Counted from the first letter of the stretch, positions 14,978-23,580 are shown. The stretch is 41,331 bases of DNA from a virus (IMGVR_UViG_3300045988_081349:1-41331), one strand, 5' to 3'. A program made the numbers and translations. Notes: generated by a model from the letters alone, not told the origin.

Positions 14978-15038
14978 GCGTACTGAAAAGAGGTGAGCCT
15001 GAATAACAAAAAAACAAAAGAGATTTGTAGAAGAATAT

Positions 15039-15500
15039 TTGATAGACCTGAATGCCACTCAGGCCGCCATAAGAGCAGGATATAGCCCAGATACTGCACA
15101 GGAGCAAAGTTCGAGGCTGTTATCAAATGTTATGGTTAAAACGGCAGTTGATAAGGCAATGGCCGAGCGTAGCAAGCGTACTGGTATAAATCAGGATCGT
15201 GTGCTGCAGGAACTGGCTCGAATCGGATTCGCCCGGATAACAGATGTACTGGATCCTGCAACGGCAAAAATCAAGGAGGATGCATCTGACGATGATCTGG
15301 CCTGTATCCAGTCGGTCAAGATAAAGCCGAATGAGTGGGGCACGGAGAGGGAGGTAAAGCTGTGCGACAAAAAAGCGGCATTGGAGCTTATAGGTAGACA
15401 CCTGGGGATGTTTAAGGATAACCTAAGTATAAATGTTGAGACATCAGAAAAACTGGATGATATTCTGTCACAGATGGGCGGTGAAGGGCTTGAAGAGTAG
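15039..15500 (+). CDS. Terminase small subunit (Terminase_2 type)
   Basis: The product contains YLIDLNATQAAIRAGYSPDTAQEQSSRLL. The start is uncertain because family-like sequence continues upstream to 15003 (see findings). Confidence 0.85.
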   Translation: MIDLNATQAAIRAGYSPDTAQEQSSRLLSNVMVKTAVDKAMAERSKRTGINQDRVLQELARIGFARITDVLDPATAKIKEDASDDDLACIQSVKIKPNEWGTEREVKLCDKKAALELIGRHLGMFKDNLSINVETSEKLDDILSQMGGEGLEE

Positions 15501-16845
15501 CTTTCCTTTGTCGTGGAAGTATAAGGATTTTATCAACACTGTAGAAGGAGTGGACGCGGATTTTTTGGAAGGCACTACAGCTTCGGGGAAGACAACCGTG
15601 GGGGCAGGCGTAAAATTCATGCGAATGGTAAGCCGGAGCAACAAGAAACTCCACATCATTGCCTCAAAAACTACTGGTACTGCAGAGAAGAACATTATAC
15701 AGCAGGATAATGGGATTCTGGACATTCACCCCAAAGCCAGATATTACGGGAATGGAGACAAGGATTATAAGATTCCACATATCAAATTTGAGGGCAAGAT
15801 AATTTTCGTCCTGGGATACGACAACCGGGATAAATGGGAGCTGGTACTTGGTTCTCAGTTCGGCTGTGTGTACATAGATGAGATTAATACTGCCAATATA
15901 GATTTTGTCCGGGAGATATCTACCAGAAATGAATATCTGATGGCAACTCTCAACCCGGATGACCCGAATCTCCCAGTCTACAAAGAATTTATAAATCGGT
16001 CACGGCCATACAAAAAATATGCTGCGGATGTGCCGCAAGAAATAATAGATGAGTTAACAGAAGACCCAGTGCCAAAATGGAGGTACTGGTTTTTTACATT
16101 CAGGGACAATTTATCTTTAACGGAAGAGGATATCGAAAAGAAGATACGTTCCGCTCCGCCAGGGACAAAACTTTACAAGAACAAAATCCAGGGTCTGCGT
16201 GGTAAGGCGACTGGTCTGATATTCCCGAACTTCGACCGCAAGAAGCATGTAGTTACTGCTGCATGGCTAAAACAGCAGATTAAAGCCAGGAAGATAAAAT
16301 TCAAGAAGTTCACGGCTGGTCTGGATACATCCTACTCCAGCAAATCCCCGGACACTATCGCTATGATATTCCAGGGCATTACGGAGGACAGAATACTATA
16401 TACCCTTGCCGAGAAGACCTACAACAATGCTGACCTGGATGTGCCGCTGGCTCCCAGTGATACAGCTATCCGGTTCGTTGGTTTCCTAAGCCAGTGCAAG
16501 GACGAATGGGGGTTAGCACGAAATGTATTTGTGGATTGTGCGGATCAGGCAACTATCACTGAGTTACACAAATTTAAGCGTCTGTACGGATGCCTTTATA
16601 ATTTTGTGGACAGCTACAAAAGCGTTGTGATCATTGACCGCATCAATCTGCAATTGGGGTGGATACAGCAGGGCAGCTATTATGTGGTTGACACCTGCAT
16701 GGAGCATCTATCCGAACTGGAACGGTATAGCTGGGATGATGAGAAAGATGTGCCTGAGGACCGGAATGACCATACGATCAATGCTAACCAGTATGCATGG
16801 ATTCCGTACAGAGATATGATTGGATTCGAGGAGGCAGAAAGATGA
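15433..16845 (+). CDS. Terminase large subunit (PBSX-type)
   Basis: Walker A is GTTASGKTT and Walker B-like is CVYIDEIN. A C-terminal nuclease region is present. The true start is probably within 15457-15490. Confidence 0.9.
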   Translation: MLRHQKNWMIFCHRWAVKGLKSSFPLSWKYKDFINTVEGVDADFLEGTTASGKTTVGAGVKFMRMVSRSNKKLHIIASKTTGTAEKNIIQQDNGILDIHPKARYYGNGDKDYKIPHIKFEGKIIFVLGYDNRDKWELVLGSQFGCVYIDEINTANIDFVREISTRNEYLMATLNPDDPNLPVYKEFINRSRPYKKYAADVPQEIIDELTEDPVPKWRYWFFTFRDNLSLTEEDIEKKIRSAPPGTKLYKNKIQGLRGKATGLIFPNFDRKKHVVTAAWLKQQIKARKIKFKKFTAGLDTSYSSKSPDTIAMIFQGITEDRILYTLAEKTYNNADLDVPLAPSDTAIRFVGFLSQCKDEWGLARNVFVDCADQATITELHKFKRLYGCLYNFVDSYKSVVIIDRINLQLGWIQQGSYYVVDTCMEHLSELERYSWDDEKDVPEDRNDHTINANQYAWIPYRDMIGFEEAER

Positions 16846-17042
16846 CAAGATTTGAAGCACTTAAATCAGTTACAGGAGTAAGGGAGTTTTCAACTCTGAT
16901 TTGCGACATATTGAATGATAAAAAGAATGCAGACGATATTACGGAGTTTTTGGCAACAGAGTTATCAGAAGAACAGCTACAAACATTGAGGTCTGTAGCT
17001 GAATCCGGCAATTATCCATTGTCTTTAGATGGGTTGCAGTAA
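16842..17042 (+). CDS. Cassette copy B, rightward ORF (hypothetical; paralog of 4562-4768)
   Basis: The start MTRFEALK has RBS GAGGAGG and an ATGA overlap with the terminase stop, giving 66 aa. It overlaps the convergent ORF by 31 nt. Confidence 0.65.
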   Translation: MTRFEALKSVTGVREFSTLICDILNDKKNADDITEFLATELSEEQLQTLRSVAESGNYPLSLDGLQ

Positions 17043-17242
17043 TAACAACCATTTGCGCCCCTGACTGACAAAAAGGCCGCTCTTAGCGCGGCATCTTCAT
17101 AACTAGCGCAGTTTATTATGTTTTCAGGTTTGATTTCATCAATCTGACAATTGGGCATTTCATTGTCCAAATCATGAATTTCGCCGGTGGCTCTATTTAA
17201 GACATAGCGATTGCCATTAAAAGGCATTGTATATCTTCGCAT
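17012..17242 (-). CDS. Cassette copy B, leftward ORF (hypothetical H/C/CxxC zinc-motif protein; paralog of 4738-4971)
   Basis: A 76-aa ORF with RBS GGAAAGGAG. It is the only leftward gene within the late operon. Confidence 0.7.
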   Translation of the reverse strand: MRRYTMPFNGNRYVLNRATGEIHDLDNEMPNCQIDEIKPENIINCASYEDAALRAAFLSVRGANGCYYCNPSKDNG

Positions 17243-17289
17243 ATGATTTTCTCCTTTCCTTTGTACTCGGCATGCAGGCCTGTACTTTG

Positions 17290-17318
17290 ATTATAGGAGA
17301 TTTGCCATAAAATAACAA
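17290..17318 (-). promoter_or_regulatory. Promoter of the leftward cassette ORF (copy B)
   Basis: On the minus strand: TTGTTA (17313-17318), a 17-nt spacer, then TATAAT (17290-17295). Confidence 0.6.
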
Positions 17319-17332
17319 TAGGAGGCAAAGAA

Positions 17333-18946
17333 ATGAGGTGGGTACAAAAATTGAATGAAAGCATTAAGCGCGGCCTCAGAAGCTGGTTAAATGTAGTTCC
17401 TGCAAACCCGTACAGTATTCAGATAAATGAGGTATTGGACTTTGAGACCAATGCTATCCGTAACCGTATCTGGTACAGAGGTGATAGCAATGAGCTGGAG
17501 CAGATGTACCAGCAAAATCCAGAGTATGCGGATAAGTTTAAGTTTTGGGCCAGTAAATGTAGCCCTGGAATGGAAATGCGTAAAATCCATACCGGATTGC
17601 CGGGATTGATCGTACGTATATTGACCTCAGTCGTTTTGGCAGATATGAACGACTTTGAATTTGAGAATGCCAAACAGGAACAGCTCTGGAAAGAGATTGA
17701 GGAAGACAATAAATTTACAAAAAAGATGGAAAGGGCCCTGAAGGAAGTGTTATACATCGGGGACGGGGCTTTTAAAGTCACGATAGACACACAGGTAAGT
17801 GAGTATCCTATCCTGGAATGGTATCCGGGAGAACAGATAGAGATAGTCAGACGCCGGGACAGGATAAGTGAGGTGATATTTAAAACTCCTTACAAGGACC
17901 AAGGCAGGATGTATGTCCTCAATGAGCGCTATGGATACGGATACATCATCAATGAGTTGTACCTGCATGACAAGCTGGTTGATATCAAGTCAATCCCGGC
18001 TACAGCCAACCTGGCGGACTGGAAGTTTGATGAAAATATCATTCTAGCGGTGCCCCTGCAAATCTATGAATCAGCGAAATATGAAGGCCGGGGAGGCTCT
18101 ATTTTTGATGGAAAACTGGACAGCTTCGATGCATTTGACGAGGCATGGTCGCAGTGGATGGATGCACTCAGAGCCGGCAGGGCAAAAACTTATATCCCAG
18201 AATGTCTGGTGCCACACGATCCGGAGACAGGAAGGCTCATCAAGCCCAATATGTTTGACAACCGGTATTTTGCCGCAGACGGAGATATGCGTGACAAACA
18301 GCAAAATGTGATCAATACAGATCAGCCAATCATCCCCCATGAGAGTTATCTTGCAAGCTATGTCACAGCTCTGGATCTCTGCCTACAGGGGATTATCAGC
18401 CCCAGTACATTGGGTATTGACGTAAAAAAGCTGGACAATGCGGAAGCGCAGCGGGAAAAGGAGAAAGCCACTCTGTACACCAGGAACGCTATTGTGGAAG
18501 CACTACAGGAAACATTGCCTGATGTGGTGGCAACCTGCATCAATGCCTATCATGTGTTGATGAAAGAAACGATTGAGGATGTCAAGGTAAACATCCCATT
18601 TGGAGAGTACGCGAATCCGTCGTTTGAAAGCCAGGTGGAAACAGTTGGGAAAGCCAAAACACAGGGTATCATGAGTATTGAGCGCTGCGTTGAGGAGCTT
18701 TATGGTGACACACTGGATGAGCACTGCAAGCAGGAGGAGATAGCCCGGCTGAAAAAGGAACAAGGAATTGCCGAGGTGGAAGAACCGGGAATCAGGCAGG
18801 AAGCGGGAGGCTTCCAGATTGGAGGTTTGGATGAAGGTAAAAGTGGGGCCAAGAATATACCGGATGACCCGGAAGGAATACCAGGGGCTACTGGAGATGG
18901 CAAAGGAGCAGGTGCCAATGGGGATATACGCCCTGGAAAAGGCTGA
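17333..18946 (+). CDS. Portal protein (SPP1 gp6-like)
   Basis: A 537-aa ORF positioned after the terminase. It has a low-complexity Gly/Asp-rich C-terminal tail. Confidence 0.85.
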   Translation: MRWVQKLNESIKRGLRSWLNVVPANPYSIQINEVLDFETNAIRNRIWYRGDSNELEQMYQQNPEYADKFKFWASKCSPGMEMRKIHTGLPGLIVRILTSVVLADMNDFEFENAKQEQLWKEIEEDNKFTKKMERALKEVLYIGDGAFKVTIDTQVSEYPILEWYPGEQIEIVRRRDRISEVIFKTPYKDQGRMYVLNERYGYGYIINELYLHDKLVDIKSIPATANLADWKFDENIILAVPLQIYESAKYEGRGGSIFDGKLDSFDAFDEAWSQWMDALRAGRAKTYIPECLVPHDPETGRLIKPNMFDNRYFAADGDMRDKQQNVINTDQPIIPHESYLASYVTALDLCLQGIISPSTLGIDVKKLDNAEAQREKEKATLYTRNAIVEALQETLPDVVATCINAYHVLMKETIEDVKVNIPFGEYANPSFESQVETVGKAKTQGIMSIERCVEELYGDTLDEHCKQEEIARLKKEQGIAEVEEPGIRQEAGGFQIGGLDEGKSGAKNIPDDPEGIPGATGDGKGAGANGDIRPGKG

Positions 18947-19052
18947 TTACGCTGAATTGCGTAATGATCACTGCAAGAGTACCACACAGCTCAAGGCAAT
19001 GACGAGGCAGTTTAAAGCCCAAGGATTTAAGGTGATGGCCAATGGCAAATGA
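18831..19052 (+). CDS. Hypothetical 73-aa protein overlapping the portal 3' end in another frame
   Basis: GGAGG lies 5 nt upstream of the ATG at 18831. The stop overlaps the start of the next gene (ATGGCAAATGA). The sequence looks protein-like: IYRMTRKEYQGLLEMAKEQ... Confidence 0.55.
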   Translation: MKVKVGPRIYRMTRKEYQGLLEMAKEQVPMGIYALEKADYAELRNDHCKSTTQLKAMTRQFKAQGFKVMANGK

Positions 19053-20775
19053 TTATGACATCGGCAAAGCTTTTCAAGCCATTGAAGATGAGTTAATGGC
19101 TTCTATGGTTCGCAACATGAAACGCCATCGTGCATGGGAGGATGCGGAGGGAATGCACTGGGAGCAGTGGCAGGCTTTGCAGTTAAAATCCTTGGAAAGA
19201 TATAAACGTCAGAATAAAAAGCGTTTCCAGAGACAATTTAAGAGCATCAACAAAGAAATTGAATCATTGATCTATGCATCTCACGTACAGGGTGGCATGG
19301 ATCAGGAAATTAAAATACTACGTGCTATGCAGCGTGGGTACAAGTTTTCGCATATCCCCCAGAAAATGCTTGATCTGTTGGAAGAGATGGACGGAAAGTC
19401 CTTCCGCCAGAAGGCCAGCCTACTACTGGAAAAATACAAGGGCAGGGGGATGGCAAAAGAATCGGCGGAGTTTTTTAAGCTTAATGATCGAAAATTAGAT
19501 GCTCTCATCAAAGCCACCAAGAATGATATGCAGAAGGCTGAAACAGCAGTCCTGCGCATGGCCAATGACCAGTACCGGAAGGTCATATATAATGCCCAGG
19601 TTTACGCTAACACCGGCGCAGGCACCTATGAGAAGGCCGTGGATATGGCTACAAAAGACATGTTGTCTGCCGGGTTAAATTGCGTTGAGTACGCCAATGG
19701 AGCCAGGCACACGCTGTCTGACTATGCTGATATGGCGATCAGGACAGCCAGCAAGCGGGCATACCTGCAGGGTGAGGGCCAGAAACGGCAGGAGTGGGGG
19801 CTACATCTGATCATCATGAATAAACGGGGAAACCCATGTCATAAGTGTCTACCCTTTGTGGGTAAGGTGCTGATTGATGATGTCTGGAGCGGCGGGAGCA
19901 AGGCAGACGGCAATTATCCACTTATGAGCTCTGCCATATCTGCAGGACTGTATCATCCACGGTGCAAGGATAGCCATACTACATACTTTCCAGGCATCAG
20001 CACTCCCCCGGATGATAAGTTCAGCAGGCAGGAGCTGGCAGATATTGAGGAGCAGAGTAAACAGGAGGCTAAGCAGCAGTATGCCACACGACAGCATGAT
20101 AAATTTGGAAGGCTGGCAAAGTATTCTTTAGACAAGGACAATCGAAAAGAATATAAGAGAAAGGCTGCTGATTGGAAAGATAAAATCCTTGGAAGGTTTA
20201 CTGTGGACGACAAGATTAAAGACCATAGAACTGATACACCTCAGAAAATGGTTGATTTGGTGGAGCAGTATACGCAAGATGATTTTGTGGAAGTGAATTT
20301 AGGAGCCACTGATGCCTTTGCTTATGATCCGGATAGGGATATAGTTACCGTAAATCCAAGCCACCCCATGTATGAGGTATATGATTACCACGAAACCATG
20401 ATACATGAAATAGCACACAGGATTGACCAAAGTGAAATAGGCAGTCCGATGAATGCAGAATTTAGTGAAGCAATTAAGAATGCAGAAAAAAAGATTATGG
20501 ATAAAACAAGTGATTACGAGAAATCATTTGCCCCGGGTGGAGATCTGGAGTATAATAATCTTATAAGTGATATTTTTAGTTGCATAACAGATAATGAAGT
20601 ATCAGGAGCGTTTTATCACGAGTCAGAATATATTGGAATACCCGGATATACTGAATTGGAAGTTTTTGCGGATATGTTTTCTATCTTGTATCAGGGTGAT
20701 AATAAGTCTGTTGATTTTATTAAAAAAGAATTTCCAGATTTGTATGAGACCTTTATGAATTTTTTTAAGAGGTGA
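19042..20775 (+). CDS. MuF / SPP1 gp7-family head morphogenesis protein fused to a C-terminal HExxH metallopeptidase-like domain
   Basis: A 577-aa ORF. The MuF-like part contains NPCHKCLPFVGKVL and YHPRCKDSHTTY. After a charged linker, the AT-rich C-terminal ~190 aa carries TMIHEIAHRID and a downstream ELEVFADMF (an anthrax-LF-like HExxH...E.FA..F pattern). Confidence 0.75.
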   Translation: MANDYDIGKAFQAIEDELMASMVRNMKRHRAWEDAEGMHWEQWQALQLKSLERYKRQNKKRFQRQFKSINKEIESLIYASHVQGGMDQEIKILRAMQRGYKFSHIPQKMLDLLEEMDGKSFRQKASLLLEKYKGRGMAKESAEFFKLNDRKLDALIKATKNDMQKAETAVLRMANDQYRKVIYNAQVYANTGAGTYEKAVDMATKDMLSAGLNCVEYANGARHTLSDYADMAIRTASKRAYLQGEGQKRQEWGLHLIIMNKRGNPCHKCLPFVGKVLIDDVWSGGSKADGNYPLMSSAISAGLYHPRCKDSHTTYFPGISTPPDDKFSRQELADIEEQSKQEAKQQYATRQHDKFGRLAKYSLDKDNRKEYKRKAADWKDKILGRFTVDDKIKDHRTDTPQKMVDLVEQYTQDDFVEVNLGATDAFAYDPDRDIVTVNPSHPMYEVYDYHETMIHEIAHRIDQSEIGSPMNAEFSEAIKNAEKKIMDKTSDYEKSFAPGGDLEYNNLISDIFSCITDNEVSGAFYHESEYIGIPGYTELEVFADMFSILYQGDNKSVDFIKKEFPDLYETFMNFFKR

Positions 20776-20780
20776 ATGTT

Positions 20781-20966
20781 ATGGTAAGTAAAGAATTTAT
20801 GGAAAAATGTAAAAATGACGAAGAGCTTCAAGACTTGCGAAGACAGGTATATGCCATAACGGGACAGCTTAAGGATATTGCATTTTGTATCAATGGACCA
20901 TATACGTTGGAGGAGTGGAAAGAACATCTTAGGGAAATAGTTGAGAATCATAAACGGAGTATATAA
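20781..20966 (+). CDS. Hypothetical small protein (candidate immunity/partner of the MuF C-terminal domain)
   Basis: A 61-aa ORF with RBS AAGAGG 8 nt upstream of the ATG at 20781, immediately after the MuF stop. The region is AT-rich. Confidence 0.55.
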   Translation: MVSKEFMEKCKNDEELQDLRRQVYAITGQLKDIAFCINGPYTLEEWKEHLREIVENHKRSI

Positions 20967-20978
20967 GGAGGCATCCAG

Positions 20979-21302
20979 ATGGATAATTTTAAAATTATAT
21001 ACAAAATTCTAAAAATACTTGAAAAGTCAATGGATCTGGAGGAATTTGATCATGCGAGTATTTCAAAAGAACGTTTGGAATTAACAGAAGCTAGGTGGTG
21101 CAGAATTATGGCGTTGCTGGCTTCAGAAGGATATATAACGGGGGTTGAGGTCTGGAACAGTATGAATTGTAATTATCCGCGTGTATGTCTGACACGGCCA
21201 GAGATAACAATAAAAGGTCTTGAATATCTGGAAGAGAATACTTTCATGAAAAAGGCAGCTAATTTAGCAAAAGGAATAAAAGATGTTACGCCGGGACTTT
21301 AG
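20979..21302 (+). CDS. YjcQ-family protein (winged-helix-like)
   Basis: The 107-aa product contains FKIIYKILKILEKS...ISKERLELTEARWCRIMALLASEGYITGV, as in YjcQ. Confidence 0.65.
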   Translation: MDNFKIIYKILKILEKSMDLEEFDHASISKERLELTEARWCRIMALLASEGYITGVEVWNSMNCNYPRVCLTRPEITIKGLEYLEENTFMKKAANLAKGIKDVTPGL

Positions 21303-21332
21303 GGTTCCGGTATTTTATACCATTTTTTTAGA

Positions 21333-21346
21333 TTTGCGCCAGCGCA
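21333..21346. promoter_or_regulatory. GC-rich palindrome TTGCGCCAGCGCAA upstream of an RBS
   Basis: 6-bp arms TTGCGC/GCGCAA. A near-identical perfect palindrome, TTGCGCCGGCGCAA, lies at 37403-37416. Confidence 0.4.
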
Positions 21347-21361
21347 AGGGAGGTGAAACAG

Positions 21362-21643
21362 ATGAGATACAGGAAGAAACCAGTGGAAATTGAGGCATTC
21401 CGGTTGACGGATGATGCCGAGATGATTGCTCCTGCATGGTTTACGCAGGCTGTAGCGGACGAAAAAATATGGATTGACCGGAGCCTGGTAGATGGACATA
21501 TACATGTCTATGGATGCACGATTGATACACCGGAAGGCCGGATGCACGCGAGACTGGGCGATTATATCATCCAGGATGTAAACGGCGAGCTATATCCGTG
21601 CAAACCGGATATCTTTTGCAAGACCTACGATCTGGTAGGCTAA
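21362..21643 (+). CDS. Hypothetical phage protein (RKKPVEIEA...GDYII...G..YPCKPDIF family)
   Basis: GGGAGG lies 9 nt upstream of the ATG at 21362. The motif pattern is common in phage ORFs of unknown function. Confidence 0.65.
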   Translation: MRYRKKPVEIEAFRLTDDAEMIAPAWFTQAVADEKIWIDRSLVDGHIHVYGCTIDTPEGRMHARLGDYIIQDVNGELYPCKPDIFCKTYDLVG

Positions 21644-21670
21644 AGGAGGTGATCCGATTATCTCCCTTTG

Positions 21671-21698
21671 AGACGCAGGGTGACGCGTCTTATTTTTG
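21671..21698 (+). terminator. Rho-independent terminator inside the late region
   Basis: AGACGC (21671-21676) pairs with GCGTCT (21685-21690). TATTTTTG follows. Confidence 0.6.
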
Positions 21699-21797
21699 TG
21701 CCCAAACACGATATGGCTTAAAAAGGTGCGTGGCCGGTGACACCGATGACAATGGATTTTATAGAGCGACACTCTCAAAATGGAAAGGAGAAATTAC

Positions 21798-22433
21798 ATG
21801 TTTAAGAAATTTAGATGTTTGTTGCCTATGGATTTACAGTTTTTCGCAGAGCCTGGAGCAGGAGACGGGGGCGGCGCAGGAGCAGGAGGCACAGGAGATG
21901 GACAGCAGGCAGGAACGCAGCTACCCGCAGCGCCACAGATTGATTACAATAAAATCCAGACAATGCTGGAAGGTACGCTGGCGGCGAAAGAGGACACCGC
22001 CCTGAAAGCATATTTCAAACAGCAGGGCTTGTCAGAAGATGAAATGAAGCAGGCTATTGCAGCATTTAAAGCTCAGAAAGCGTCCCAGCAGCCGGATGTA
22101 AATGCACTGCAGACTCAGGCTGCACAGGCCCAGGCGGCAGCACAGCAGGCACAGGTACAGGCAGCGGCCACTATGGCAGCGGTTGGTCTGGGGATTGACG
22201 CAAAGACTATCCCATATGTCCTTAAAATGGCTGATTTAAGCCAGGCAATGGGACAGGATGGGAAAATCAACGAAGAGACACTTAAAAATGCACTAAACAA
22301 AGTGCTTGAAGACATCCCGGCATTAAAACCTGCACCAGCAGGTCAGACAGGCTTTGTACAGGTAGGAGCTTCCGGCCGGGGGAACCAACAGCAAACAAAT
22401 GACGACGCTTTAAAGAAAGCGTTTGGACTTTAA
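21798..22433 (+). CDS. Scaffolding protein
   Basis: The start MFKKF has an AGGAG RBS. DLQFFAE appears near the N-terminus and the product is Ala/Gln-rich and helical. It lies directly upstream of the capsid gene. Confidence 0.7.
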   Translation: MFKKFRCLLPMDLQFFAEPGAGDGGGAGAGGTGDGQQAGTQLPAAPQIDYNKIQTMLEGTLAAKEDTALKAYFKQQGLSEDEMKQAIAAFKAQKASQQPDVNALQTQAAQAQAAAQQAQVQAAATMAAVGLGIDAKTIPYVLKMADLSQAMGQDGKINEETLKNALNKVLEDIPALKPAPAGQTGFVQVGASGRGNQQQTNDDALKKAFGL

Positions 22434-22452
22434 GAAAGAGAGGAAATAATAT

Positions 22453-23337
22453 ATGGCAGTATATGATTATGCTACAACGTTTACACAGCTCCTGCAGCAG
22501 AAATATGCAAAGGAACTGTGCTCTGATGCGCTGGCACAGAGTAATCTGGGAGTAAAATTTATTAATGCCCAGACAATCAAACTCCCTAGAATGACAGTAT
22601 CTGGGTATAAGGACCACACCAGGACACCCGGATTCAACGCTGGAACGCTCAGCAATGACTGGGAGGCAAAGAAACTGGAGCATGACAGGGATGTGGAGTT
22701 CTGGATTGACCCAATGGACATTGATGAGACAAATCTTACATTATCCGTGGCAAATATCCAGAATACTTTTGAAACAGAGCAGGCAATCCCAGAGAAGGAT
22801 TCTTATCGGTACAGCAAGCTTCACGCAGAAATGACTAGGCTTTCTGGACGGATTGATACAACGGTTATTACAGCGTCAAATTTCCTGGAGGCATTTGACG
22901 AAGAAATGAGCATCATGGACGAGGCGGGTGTGCCAGAAGAAGGCAGGATGCTGTATGTAACCCCGTCTATGTATAAAATCATCAAGGAAGCTGAAGGCAT
23001 CCAGCGCGTTATGAGTGTCACCACGCCTTCGACAATCAACCGTAATGTCCACTCCCTGGATAATGTGACTATTAAAATGGTCCCGGCTGCTCGCATGAAA
23101 ACAAAATACGATTTTACGGAAGGCTGCACGGCAGCGGAGGACGCAAAACAGATCAACTGGATCCTGATCCACACCTCCTGCGTGGTATGCCGTGATAAGT
23201 ACAGCTATATCAAATTGTTTACACCAGGAACTGACAGTAGAACCGCGGATGGATATCTTTACCAGAACCGCAACTACGGAGATTTATTCCTGCTCGAAAA
23301 GAAAATAGAAGGCTGTGCAATGAATGTACAGGCATAA
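22453..23337 (+). CDS. Major capsid protein
   Basis: A 294-aa ORF following the scaffold gene, with a strong RBS. Confidence 0.75.
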   Translation: MAVYDYATTFTQLLQQKYAKELCSDALAQSNLGVKFINAQTIKLPRMTVSGYKDHTRTPGFNAGTLSNDWEAKKLEHDRDVEFWIDPMDIDETNLTLSVANIQNTFETEQAIPEKDSYRYSKLHAEMTRLSGRIDTTVITASNFLEAFDEEMSIMDEAGVPEEGRMLYVTPSMYKIIKEAEGIQRVMSVTTPSTINRNVHSLDNVTIKMVPAARMKTKYDFTEGCTAAEDAKQINWILIHTSCVVCRDKYSYIKLFTPGTDSRTADGYLYQNRNYGDLFLLEKKIEGCAMNVQA

Positions 23338-23346
23338 GGAGGGCAT

Positions 23347-23580
23347 ATGAAAGCGGTAAAAGGAAATAAGGAGTATACCATTGATGACGCACAGCAGAAA
23401 TTCTACCAGGATTCCGGGTTTGACATTAAGGGTGACAGTGGTGAAATAATCGCCTACGGCAGGGGAAAAACCGTGCCGTACGATGAACATATGCAGGTTG
23501 TAAGAGAGGTGGAGCGCCTGCAGAAGGAGCTGGAAACCTTGAAGGCTGAAAAGAAACCAGCAAAGAAAGCCGGTGAGTGA
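23347..23580 (+). CDS. Hypothetical head-associated protein
   Basis: A 77-aa ORF with RBS AAGGAGG and a C-terminal coiled-coil. Confidence 0.6.
   Translation: MKAVKGNKEYTIDDAQQKFYQDSGFDIKGDSGEIIAYGRGKTVPYDEHMQVVREVERLQKELETLKAEKKPAKKAGE

Noticed and set aside
21598-22005. 135-aa plus-strand ORF bridging the 21362 gene and the scaffold gene
   Set aside because: It crosses a terminator, has no RBS, and overlaps the better-supported scaffold frame, which has an AGGAG RBS and the DLQFFAE motif.
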